A DNA stretch of 64,000 nt, taken from NCBI GenBank assembly GCA_044892525.1, contig CM097885.1:13518001-13582000 (forward strand), in the 5' to 3' direction. Under the pieces are notes generated by a model. That model was not told the DNA's origin. It worked only from the letters and a program-made list of their open reading frames with translations, and ran no database searches. A program made the translations under genes and the position numbers. The stretch's first letter is position 1, and each line of letters starts with the position of its first letter. Below, piece after piece: positions 55,501 through 64,000 of the stretch. Source of the DNA: Schmidtea polychroa (Eukaryota).

Positions 55501-55692
55501 AACAAATTTCTCATGCTTTTGATATTCTTGATAGATTTCGTATGATTGCATTAGAAATTGCTTTGACGATTTTTCGTTGTTGAAAACAAAATTTTGTCAA
55601 AGACAATTCTGTAAAAATGCATCTCAGGTGGGACTCGAACCCACAACCTCCGGATTAGAAGTCCGACGCGCTATCCATTGCGCCACTGAGAC
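46508..55692 (-). tRNA. tRNA-Arg-TCT: Sub-array 3: 35 complete tRNA-Arg(UCU) genes
   Basis: First 46508, last 55620; difference is 34 x 268. Confidence 0.95.
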
Positions 55693-55887
55693 TCTAAAGA
55701 AATCCACTCACTTCACTTTATCTACATTGGCATTTAAAAAATTGTCAATTTGACTCTTGTCAAGTCAAAACAAATTTCTCATGCTTTTGATATTCTTGAT
55801 AGATTTCGTATGATTGCATTAGAAATTGCTTTGACGATTTTTCGTTGTTGAAAACAAAATTTTGTCAAAGACAATTCTGTAAAAATG

Positions 55888-55941
55888 CATCTCAGGTGGG
55901 ACTCGAACCCACAACCTCCGGATTAGAAGTCCGACGCGCTA
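55888..55941 (-). pseudogene. 3' part (nt 20-73) of the interrupted tRNA-Arg
   Basis: Array sequence stops at ...ccgacgcgcta|ataaaacattt. Confidence 0.95.
55903..55941. repeat. 39-bp target duplication, left copy (right copy 63414-63452)
   Basis: tcgaacccacaacctccggattagaagtccgacgcgcta on both sides of the element. Confidence 0.92.
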
Positions 55942-56288
55942 ATAAAACATTTATTAAATATAACAAATTTGAATATTGTTTTTAACAGATAATCAGCTCT
56001 ACATGGAGTTGTCCATAAGCAAATATTCACATATTTCTTCATCTGCTGGAATCTCTGATCAATTTCATCGGAATTTATTATCCGGCATTGCGACTTGTCT
56101 TTGGTAGATTGAAGTTCTAAATTAATAAATTTGCTCTGTCGCAGAATATTTATCTCCAAAAAATGAAAGTTTCTCTAATAATTAGTTTATTTTTTTAATG
56201 AAATATAAATTTAGTTTGTTTAAATAATCAAATTAATAAAAGTTTTAAATTTAATTATTTATTTAAGTTGAAAACCAATTTATTTTAA

Positions 56289-59200
56289 TTATGCAAAATT
56301 TGGAAGCTTTCCATTACAATGAAAATACCAAATCTTTGCCGAGTGTGCAATGTTACTTATTGCGCATTCCTTCATCAAACCTTTGATTTTTGTTTGTGGA
56401 ATTCCCATTTTTAATAAAAGATCAGAAGTTTTTGGTTCAATTGACCCCAAGGAACCCATGATGCATGTAAACAATTCAACCTTGTAATCAGGTTTAACTG
56501 TTTGTATATCTGATTTTAATTTATCATATTTTTCCAAATTTAATTTGTCGACTCGCTCAAAATTAATTACAGAATCAATTGGACATTTCATGTCTACTAG
56601 CAGAATCGTCTTTTTCTCGGTATTTGTTATTAAAAGATCAACCCGTTCGTTGGAATTTGGTACAAGAGAACATTTGTGATCAGTGACAACCAAGAGTTCA
56701 GGATTTTTAAGCGCATCTTTAATTTTTTCTAAGCAAGCATTATGTCGATTAGTTGCTAATGATTGATTGATTCTACAAGTTTGGAGTACATGTAAAATTG
56801 TCTCATCTTCAGATTTACATCTACGACAAAGGCGGTCTTCGCCAGTTTTATGTGGCTTAGCAAATGTAGAGAGTGTATTTGTTCGAGCTCGATGAATGAA
56901 ATTCCATTCAAAGTCTGTCAAGTCACTACGGAAAATTAGTTTGTTGACAAATGGACAAAGTTTGAGAGCAGACACAATTAGATTACTTTGATTACTTTTC
57001 TCCCACTTTTCGAGATACGAATCTTGAAGAGCAGAATGGAGAATCTTTGATAATGCTTTTCTTAATTTTGGTAATAATATGCGAGTGCCAGTTAATGAAG
57101 TAGTGAGCCGAATCGAAGGATTTTGTTTGAAAGTTTCGAACGAAATTTTAATGTTGTGAACTCGATTGAAATATGCAATTGATGCACGCAATCGGTAGAA
57201 GCGAGTTTTACTACCACTATGATTTAATTTGCTTTCTTTTCCATTAACCCATTCCAAGCTTTGACTGAGAGTTGGTTCTTTGATTCCGAGTCTTGGACTT
57301 GTCACAGACAAGAGTGAAAAAGTGTTTATCTTTTTTGAGTAGTCGCAAGTTGATGTTAGTAAACGGAAAAAGTAAACAATCGACTGTGTGTGATACTCAT
57401 CAAGAAGGTCAATACAGCCAGCTCCACCATTTTCAGTGGCATTATAGAAATAACTTATTTCAGAGTGGTTTGGTAAATTTAATATTTTCCTCAAATGGCT
57501 CCTCAATTGGCTAGTACTATTTACATTTATCCTTGAGTTACTACTAGGAGATGTTAATGAACTAGTTTTAATTTCCCTAGTTCTAAATGGGAAAATAAGG
57601 CGCGAATGCAGGAAGATTTTATAAGCTTTGAGCTTTTGCCAACCATAGAGATCAGAGTTAGCAATCTTTTTAGTATCTTCAATGACTTGGCTGACGATTT
57701 CATAGGGACTTTGATCATTATTATCACCTATTGGCACTCCTAAGTATTGGTAAAATTCATTATCAGCAAGTTTTTTAATTAAATCATTGTTGACAACGAT
57801 TTCACTGACCGTTTCTAGTTTTGGGTATTGTATATATGCACATTTTTCAGGGCGATATTCAAATCCAATATTATTGGCAGTTTTTACAGCTACGCCAATT
57901 AGCTTTTGGAGGTCAGTTGAGCTAGTTGCAATAAGTGCAATGTCATCAGCATAAGCTAACACTTGTACTTGAGAAGAGCCTATCATAAAAGGTGTAATGT
58001 TAGATGCGGTAATAGCTTCAAGAACCGGATTAATAGCTATTGCAAACAGAATCATAGAGATCGGGCAACCTTGTTTTACACCTTTCTTAATTGGAATATT
58101 CGGTGTCTGCATTTTGTTGCAGCGATAAAACGAGCTCGTATCTGTATAAAGTAATTTCAGGATATTCACAAAGTTTTCACCAACGTTCATATGTCTTAAC
58201 AATGTCCACATGTATTCGTGTGGAACACTTCCGAAAGCGTCTTTGATGTCAAGCCAGGCTATTGCTAAAGGTGAAGATTTACTATATTTTGAATGCTCGA
58301 CAATCGCAGAGAGAATTGAGTTGTGTTCAATACATCCTTCGTATTCTGAACCACCCTTTTGGCCAATATGCAGCAGATTATTTTCTTTAATCCATAAACT
58401 AAGACGAGTTGCAAGAACTGAAGCGAAAACTTTGTAAATCACTGACAGTAATGCGATTGGTCGCCATGAAGATACTTTATGGTATTGGTCATTTTTATCA
58501 GGTTTCGGAATTAATATTGTTTTAAAAGTTTTCCAACTTGTAGGGATAGATTTCAGTTGAATGATTTTGTTGAAAAGTAACGCTAGAAGCTTACAATCTG
58601 GATCGAGTAACAGAAGATCTTTATAATATACATTATCAAGTCCGGGCGTAGAATTATCAGCTTCCTGAAGATTGGAAAGAATTTCCATTGGCGTAGTAAT
58701 TTCTAATTCAAGTAAGCTTTTCGAGATTTTACTAAAGTTTAAAACGTTGTTCCAACTTCCAGGTAAAGTATCTTGATGAGTGAAAGTGTTTATAATTTCC
58801 TGAAATGGTGGTTCAGCTTTTTCGCTCTGATTACCTAAAATTCTGTTTACAGTCTTTTTCATATTTTTCAGAAATTCAGTAGAATTGTTGAATTTTTTAG
58901 GTTTATTGTGATTTTTCCCAAGATATGGCTCTCGAAATTCTTGATCCTGCAAATTTTCTAGATGAGGAATATTTGCCAGAATAGTAGAGATAATTTCATC
59001 AACATTAGAGTTAGACAATGTAGTTAAAAGCTCATCAATTCTATCTTTGCGTTGCTTCAAAGTTAGTTTCAAAGAATTAGCAATTTTCAATTTTCCACGT
59101 CTCTCAATTTTGACAATGTCATTATTATCAACTATTGGAACTAGAGAGTTGATTATTTCAGAAATTTCAGTCAAGTTAATATTTTCAAGAGATTTATCTT

Positions 59201-60890
59201 GAGTGTAGTTTCTGATAAATGCACAAATTAATATTTTGCTAAATAAACCAGAACCTCTTATATCATGTGGGCAGTGGCCAATTGTCATTGAACGCCCTTT
59301 ACTTTGTCTTAGCTCATTAATTTTGAGCACAATGTTATAAGAGAAAGCTTTAGAAAACACATTCAAATCATTGGTCACTGGACTAAGAAAATAATGTTCG
59401 TCTGTGTCGTAATCAATTACCAACAGCAATTCATGGGCCTTGGGAGGAGAAATTATTGCAAAGATTACATTTGCCTTCATCATGTCCTCAATGTTTAAAA
59501 AATCATTTAAGTATTGAGTACAATCATCTGAAATTGCAGCAGACAAAGTTCTGTTTAGGAGAATATAATTATTCGATAATTTTAGGTTCATAAAATATTC
59601 ATTAATAATTTTATCAGTTATTTTACCGTTGATTAAATTAAAGTTGGGAGAAATTTCAATGCACGACTGAGATTTTAATTCACCAAGTGTATCATATACT
59701 TTATCATAATCCAAGAGTCTTTCAAAGACAAATTTCTCAAAAAACACAATAAAGGAACTTGCAAAGTATTGATTGTCATTAGAGTGAAAGGAAGGATGCG
59801 AGATTCGATGATCAGCTATGAATTTAATTTTTCGATTAAGACAAAATTGATTGAGATAATCGGTCATCTTTTCACCAATTTCAATCAATCTCTCATCAAT
59901 ATTTCTATAATTAAAATCAAAAATGTAGCTACGGTTAAGCTTACTGGAGTATATGAAAAGACACCAATCTTTAAATTTTGGAATGACACCAAGAATGTGA
60001 TCGATTCCTTTAAATTGTTTAAAGGTGACATTGTCGGCTATAAAAGAGTCATTTTGCGCAATTAAATTGGATGTTAAATTGGCAGATAAAACCAAGATTT
60101 TAGAATTCTCTTTATAATATTTATCAATTAGTGATGACACACATGGCGCTTGGTTGTTGAGAACTTTAGTAATGTTTAAATTATTATTTGTAGTTTTAGA
60201 TTTAGCGATAGCCTTCTTGAAATTGATTGTTGCCATATCTAAATTGTTTTTAGCACCTCCAATTAAATTTGGTGAACCATTAACCAAGTGTTTCTGATAT
60301 CGATGAACATTTCGTCTTATTTCTTCAATGAATCCATCAGGAAAGCTGTTCCAATCTTTACTGATTATCACTGCATAAGCGCAAGTGAATGGACCACAGT
60401 CAAAATTGTTATTTTGATATTGAAGATTTGTATGCGGATGATATGACACTGCTATCTTGAGGTTGAAAAATCTATTTAGTGCAATATTCATTTTAAGAGC
60501 CATTTGTTTGTTGATTAGATTATTTCTGTTATTAAAAATTGGATCAATAAAGTAAGATGAATTCGATTTCTTACAGTATACAAAAAGAATCCAATGGGAA
60601 TTGTTTATATTAAGTGGACAAAAAATCATTTCAGCATTGGTAATTGACTGTGGAATTGCAACAATTTCTTCTTGAATATTCGAGCATAGAATATTAACGA
60701 TGAAACACTTGATGTATCCATGCATTGGATTGTCGATATGGTTTTCAAGATACCAATCAATATCATTATCAGAGAACCACATTTCACTATCAAAATCGTC
60801 AATTGTTAAATAGTAATTATCTATTGTGCTCTCTGCATCAGTCTCATTAAAGGGAACGGCAGACGCTTGAGCTGATGCAGGCACACATCT
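56289..60890 (-). CDS. ORF2: Ulp1/C48-like protease(s), reverse transcriptase, CCHC knuckle, restriction-like endonuclease
   Basis: Ulp1: NSHWIL, FIDP, QNNNFDCGPF. RT: STPGLD, WRPIAL, WLDIKDAFGSV, GVKQGCPIS, LAYADDI, YLG. Knuckle: CRRCKSEDETILHVLQTC. RLE: RHN, RVDLLI..VDMK..KY. No ATG at the start of the open frame. Confidence 0.95.
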   Translation of the reverse strand, partial: RCVPASAQASAVPFNETDAESTIDNYYLTIDDFDSEMWFSDNDIDWYLENHIDNPMHGYIKCFIVNILCSNIQEEIVAIPQSITNAEMIFCPLNINNSHWILFVYCKKSNSSYFIDPIFNNRNNLINKQMALKMNIALNRFFNLKIAVSYHPHTNLQYQNNNFDCGPFTCAYAVIISKDWNSFPDGFIEEIRRNVHRYQKHLVNGSPNLIGGAKNNLDMATINFKKAIAKSKTTNNNLNITKVLNNQAPCVSSLIDKYYKENSKILVLSANLTSNLIAQNDSFIADNVTFKQFKGIDHILGVIPKFKDWCLFIYSSKLNRSYIFDFNYRNIDERLIEIGEKMTDYLNQFCLNRKIKFIADHRISHPSFHSNDNQYFASSFIVFFEKFVFERLLDYDKVYDTLGELKSQSCIEISPNFNLINGKITDKIINEYFMNLKLSNNYILLNRTLSAAISDDCTQYLNDFLNIEDMMKANVIFAIISPPKAHELLLVIDYDTDEHYFLSPVTNDLNVFSKAFSYNIVLKINELRQSKGRSMTIGHCPHDIRGSGLFSKILICAFIRNYTQDKSLENINLTEISEIINSLVPIVDNNDIVKIERRGKLKIANSLKLTLKQRKDRIDELLTTLSNSNVDEIISTILANIPHLENLQDQEFREPYLGKNHNKPKKFNNSTEFLKNMKKTVNRILGNQSEKAEPPFQEIINTFTHQDTLPGSWNNVLNFSKISKSLLELEITTPMEILSNLQEADNSTPGLDNVYYKDLLLLDPDCKLLALLFNKIIQLKSIPTSWKTFKTILIPKPDKNDQYHKVSSWRPIALLSVIYKVFASVLATRLSLWIKENNLLHIGQKGGSEYEGCIEHNSILSAIVEHSKYSKSSPLAIAWLDIKDAFGSVPHEYMWTLLRHMNVGENFVNILKLLYTDTSSFYRCNKMQTPNIPIKKGVKQGCPISMILFAIAINPVLEAITASNITPFMIGSSQVQVLAYADDIALIATSSTDLQKLIGVAVKTANNIGFEYRPEKCAYIQYPKLETVSEIVVNNDLIKKLADNEFYQYLGVPIGDNNDQSPYEIVSQVIEDTKKIANSDLYGWQKLKAYKIFLHSRLIFPFRTREIKTSSLTSPSSNSRINVNSTSQLRSHLRKILNLPNHSEISYFYNATENGGAGCIDLLDEYHTQSIVYFFRLLTSTCDYSKKINTFSLLSVTSPRLGIKEPTLSQSLEWVNGKESKLNHSGSKTRFYRLRASIAYFNRVHNIKISFETFKQNPSIRLTTSLTGTRILLPKLRKALSKILHSALQDSYLEKWEKSNQSNLIVSALKLCPFVNKLIFRSDLTDFEWNFIHRARTNTLSTFAKPHKTGEDRLCRRCKSEDETILHVLQTCRINQSLATNRHNACLEKIKDALKNPELLVVTDHKCSLVPNSNERVDLLITNTEKKTILLVDMKCPIDSVINFERVDKLNLEKYDKLKSDIQTVKPDYKVELFTCIMGSLGSIEPKTSDLLLKMGIPQTKIKGLMKECAISNIAHSAKIWYFHCNGKLPNFA

Positions 60891-63407
60891 TCATTTGGAT
60901 TTCGATGATTGTTTTTTTAGTGTCGTAGTTCGCGATTTTGTACCAGATTTCTTTGTGAGAGGTTCTTCAATAGTCTCTGTAGGGATTGGATTGACTTGAC
61001 TAGAATTTGATTGATCAGTGGAAATGGCGTCAAATAAACAGTTTTCACAAATGTTAACATTCATTCCTTCTCTGACCAAAATGAATTTTTCAAGGATGTT
61101 ATTACATTTCATACAGTTGATTTCTTCAATGACAACGATAGGGTCCATAACATTACTGTTGGTAGTTTGATTGTCAATATCGCAATTGGTTTCGGCTGTT
61201 TCTGTTACATTGATTTGGTTAACAATTAATTTTAATTTAGTTATTATTAGAGAAATTTGCTGGCACATCTCTGGAGTGCAATATTTATTGCTTGTTTCAA
61301 ACAGACGGAATTTCTGGTTTTTATCCTTAAATTTCTTTGTATCTCTCAACAAAAAATAAATAAATCGCTTCGCTTTAACGCCATATGTGTCATCTATTAA
61401 TTTCTCATTATTAATTGTTTCCATTAATTTAGTAAGGATATTATTGTTTTGAAATTTATTGGGAAAGGTTTCGTCAACAAGATCAAGAAAACTATTAACA
61501 CATGCTATTGTTTCTGGAGAAATTACGTTATGGATCTTTTTAATTTCCCCAGAAATTTTCCATTGTTTTAATTTCAAGAGTTTTTCTTGACAATTTGTAT
61601 AATAAAAAGACGAGTTTGGAATCCTTTGAATAATTTCAGAAGCCCAACATTCAAAATTTTCAAGTGAGAGAAGAGAAAGATCTTCAAGCGAACAGAGTGA
61701 ATTTAATAAACAACAATTTCGAATATAGTTCACAACATAATCAGAATAAGTTTGATTTTGAGAAAATTTTAAGGATCCAACCAAACCCAAGTAATTTAGA
61801 TAAAATACTATCTCAACAATTTTAAAGTGACAATCTGTTTTAGTCAAAATTGATTTTAATTCAACATCATCTTTTGCCATGTTTATTAGATCAAATAACC
61901 CAAGATTAAACATTATGTCAGGAAATGAATTGGGTTCTTTGTGTTTAATATCAGATTGAAAGAATTTACCCCCTTCAAAAAAGATATCTTCAGGAAACAC
62001 ATTATCGATTTTTAAAGATTCAATCAACTTAATAATTGAAGATGATTTTGAGTCAGGATTCTCAACAAACATAATCTCTTTAAGAGAAGGATAAGATGAG
62101 TAGAGAGTTTTCATCTGGGTACGAGATAGTTCGGAAAATGTTGATGATGTGAAATCGTTATTTATCTTGGATGTTATATTTGGGTTTGTCAAATCTAACA
62201 ATATAAACTCACCCTTTTGATATTTAATTTTTGATTTAACCAGATAATTTGGGAGCTTTTCTTGTTTAATCAAAGAAGAAATGATTTTATTAATTTTATT
62301 TTCTCTATGATTACAGTCTGTAATAGAAACTGTTTCAGAAAGCTCAGGCGAAAGGTTAAATAAAAATCTTTTAATTGCAGTTGGTGCTGCTATATAATTA
62401 GAAAAATTAGGAAAAGTCTTTACAATATTATGTTCAGACAGAAAAAGTTTCTTTTTATAAGAGACAGGTTTAACGGTTGAGTTTTCATTTAAAAAACTAT
62501 CTATATAAAACTCAACACAGAAATTAAAATTCCTATAAAAAAAACATTTAAAATTATCTAAGCCTATAGGATTGGCATTAAATTCCTCCCCAGATAAAAA
62601 TTTATTTAATTTTAAATATTTATTCTTTGATTCCTTAATTTTAGTTAAAGGAATCAAAGTTGGAAACTTATCATAGAGCTGTTTTCGCTCTTTTTTTGTT
62701 AAAATACGAATAAAAGTCTTAAAATCAAAACTTTTATTACTTATTTTCGGTTTGGAAACCAACACTTTAGGATTGTCAAAACGTGTATTATTATTTATTG
62801 AAATTTTAATATTATCGAAATTTTGACTATCCTTATTTAAATCGTTATTCACATTAATATTAAGATTTTTATCAGAAAGCGAATTATTAACATTACAAGA
62901 ATTTTTATTTAAAGGAAATTTATCAAACTCTATATTAAAATCCTTATTGACATTTGATGAATTATTAAAATTACAATTATCTAAATTTGAAATTTCATTA
63001 ATTTTATTATCTTTAAAATGGAAAAAATCTTTATTTAAAGAAAATTTATCAAAATTATTTAAATTATTAAAGAAACTCTCAAAATTTAAAGATAAACACT
63101 CTAACCTTTCAAGCATCTTTGAGAATGAAATCTCCATTGAATCCAAACGTTTCTCGAAATTCTGAAACTGATTTTCCGGCTTGTTTGGAAGGACATTGAT
63201 CATTGAATTCTCCATGGAAGGCATATTAAATCCAGCTTTGAATTGACTGAAGAAATCCAAAAGAGCCTGATTTGATTGCAATTGAAATTGGAATAATTTC
63301 TGAAGTTTCTTCATATCAATTGCATAATTACATAATCCTTCTGCAGTCGTTGATTGAACTCCAGTGTGCATATCTTGTTGATGCATTGCATAAGGCGATT
63401 GCATCAT
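60891..63407 (-). CDS. ORF1, 838 aa from first ATG; Asn/Lys-rich with a C-terminal Cx2C-x18-Cx2C motif; function unknown
   Basis: Long open frame in AT-rich DNA, homologous fragments elsewhere in the window, in frame with ORF2. Confidence 0.85.
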   Translation of the reverse strand: MMQSPYAMHQQDMHTGVQSTTAEGLCNYAIDMKKLQKLFQFQLQSNQALLDFFSQFKAGFNMPSMENSMINVLPNKPENQFQNFEKRLDSMEISFSKMLERLECLSLNFESFFNNLNNFDKFSLNKDFFHFKDNKINEISNLDNCNFNNSSNVNKDFNIEFDKFPLNKNSCNVNNSLSDKNLNINVNNDLNKDSQNFDNIKISINNNTRFDNPKVLVSKPKISNKSFDFKTFIRILTKKERKQLYDKFPTLIPLTKIKESKNKYLKLNKFLSGEEFNANPIGLDNFKCFFYRNFNFCVEFYIDSFLNENSTVKPVSYKKKLFLSEHNIVKTFPNFSNYIAAPTAIKRFLFNLSPELSETVSITDCNHRENKINKIISSLIKQEKLPNYLVKSKIKYQKGEFILLDLTNPNITSKINNDFTSSTFSELSRTQMKTLYSSYPSLKEIMFVENPDSKSSSIIKLIESLKIDNVFPEDIFFEGGKFFQSDIKHKEPNSFPDIMFNLGLFDLINMAKDDVELKSILTKTDCHFKIVEIVFYLNYLGLVGSLKFSQNQTYSDYVVNYIRNCCLLNSLCSLEDLSLLSLENFECWASEIIQRIPNSSFYYTNCQEKLLKLKQWKISGEIKKIHNVISPETIACVNSFLDLVDETFPNKFQNNNILTKLMETINNEKLIDDTYGVKAKRFIYFLLRDTKKFKDKNQKFRLFETSNKYCTPEMCQQISLIITKLKLIVNQINVTETAETNCDIDNQTTNSNVMDPIVVIEEINCMKCNNILEKFILVREGMNVNICENCLFDAISTDQSNSSQVNPIPTETIEEPLTKKSGTKSRTTTLKKQSSKSK

Positions 63408-63413
63408 CTTGTT

Positions 63414-63471
63414 TCGAACCCACAACCTCCGGATTAGAAGTCCGACGCGCTATCCATTGCGCCACTGAGAC
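63414..63471 (-). pseudogene. 5' part (nt 1-58) of the interrupted tRNA-Arg
   Basis: Minus strand GTCTCAG...GGGTTCGA|AACAAGATGATG. Confidence 0.95.
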
Positions 63472-63666
63472 TCTAAAGAAATCCACTCACTTCACTTTAT
63501 CTACATTGGCATTTAAAAAATTGTCAATTTGACTCTTGTCAAGTCAAAACAAATTTCTCATGCTTTTGATATTCTTGATAGATTTCGTATGATTGCATTA
63601 GAAATTGCTTTGACGATTTTTCGTTGTTGAAAACAAAATTTTGTCAAAGACAATTCTGTAAAAATG

Positions 63667-63739
63667 CATCTCAGGTGGGACTCGAACCCACAACCTCCGG
63701 ATTAGAAGTCCGACGCGCTATCCATTGCGCCACTGAGAC
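63667..63739 (-). tRNA. tRNA-Arg-TCT: tRNA-Arg(UCU), complete copy (next copy from 63935 is cut by the window end)
   Basis: Identical to array consensus. Confidence 0.95.
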
Positions 63740-64000
63740 TCTAAAGAAATCCACTCACTTCACTTTATCTACATTGGCATTTAAAAAATTGTCAATTTGA
63801 CTCTTGTCAAGTCAAAACAAATTTCTCATGCTTTTGATATTCTTGATAGATTTCGTATGATTGCATTAGAAATTGCTTTGACGATTTTTCGTTGTTGAAA
63901 ACAAAATTTTGTCAAAGACAATTCTGTAAAAATGCATCTCAGGTGGGACTCGAACCCACAACCTCCGGATTAGAAGTCCGACGCGCTATCCATTGCGCCA

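Larger units (their letters stand above)
55942..63413 (-). mobile_element. Near full-length RLE-type non-LTR retrotransposon (NeSL-like, Ulp1-bearing), 7472 bp, inserted in tRNA-Arg(UCU)
   Basis: Two long in-frame ORFs with protease, RT, CCHC and RLE motifs; 347-nt 3' UTR ending ...AATAAATGTTTTAT without a poly(A) tail; flanked by tRNA halves. Confidence 0.95.
25690..64000 (-). repeat. 268-bp tandem tRNA-Arg(UCU) gene array, interrupted by two 1.24-kb cassettes and one full-length retrotransposon; continues past the window end
   Basis: Period 268 bp (15 units = 4020 bp register); units nearly identical. Confidence 0.98.

Noticed and set aside
25904..55692. tRNA-derived SINE array
   Set aside because: Full cloverleaf with an immediate T5 terminator; no tail or per-copy target duplications.
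63408..63425. ORF-track N-termini MWVRNK (ORF1) and MDFFRVSVAQW (249-aa and 99-aa ORFs)
   Set aside because: These are non-ATG starts read out of tRNA or spacer sequence.
57293..63532. Short plus-strand ORFs within the retrotransposon
   Set aside because: Antisense shadows of the long minus-strand ORFs.
25690..64000. CRISPR-like array
   Set aside because: Spacers are identical, the repeated core is a canonical tRNA, there are no cas genes, and the context is eukaryotic.

Overview
AT-rich eukaryotic (animal-like; 43-47 nt introns) genomic window. The left 15 kb holds a 3-exon Rho GDP-dissociation inhibitor gene, decayed hAT (Buster/ZBED5-like) transposases and old retroelement fragments. 15.8-25.1 kb is a ~2.23-kb tandem repeat. 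Each unit carries the 5' end of an R2 retrotransposon (28S target remnant, HDV-like ribozyme core, C2H2+Myb) fused in frame to a piece of a second retroelement. From 25.7 kb to the window end there is a near-homogeneous 268-bp tandem array of minus-strand tRNA-Arg(UCU) genes (102 complete copies by period arithmetic). The main system is a 7.47-kb RLE-type non-LTR retrotransposon (55942-63413, minus; Ulp1-like protease, RT, CCHC, RLE; NeSL-like). It is inserted in the D-loop of one array tRNA with a 39-bp target duplication, and other diverged copies share the same tRNA site, indicating sequence-specific targeting. Its two ORFs are in frame and separated by a single TGA. It appears to carry three tandem Ulp1-like domains and has almost no 5' UTR of its own.
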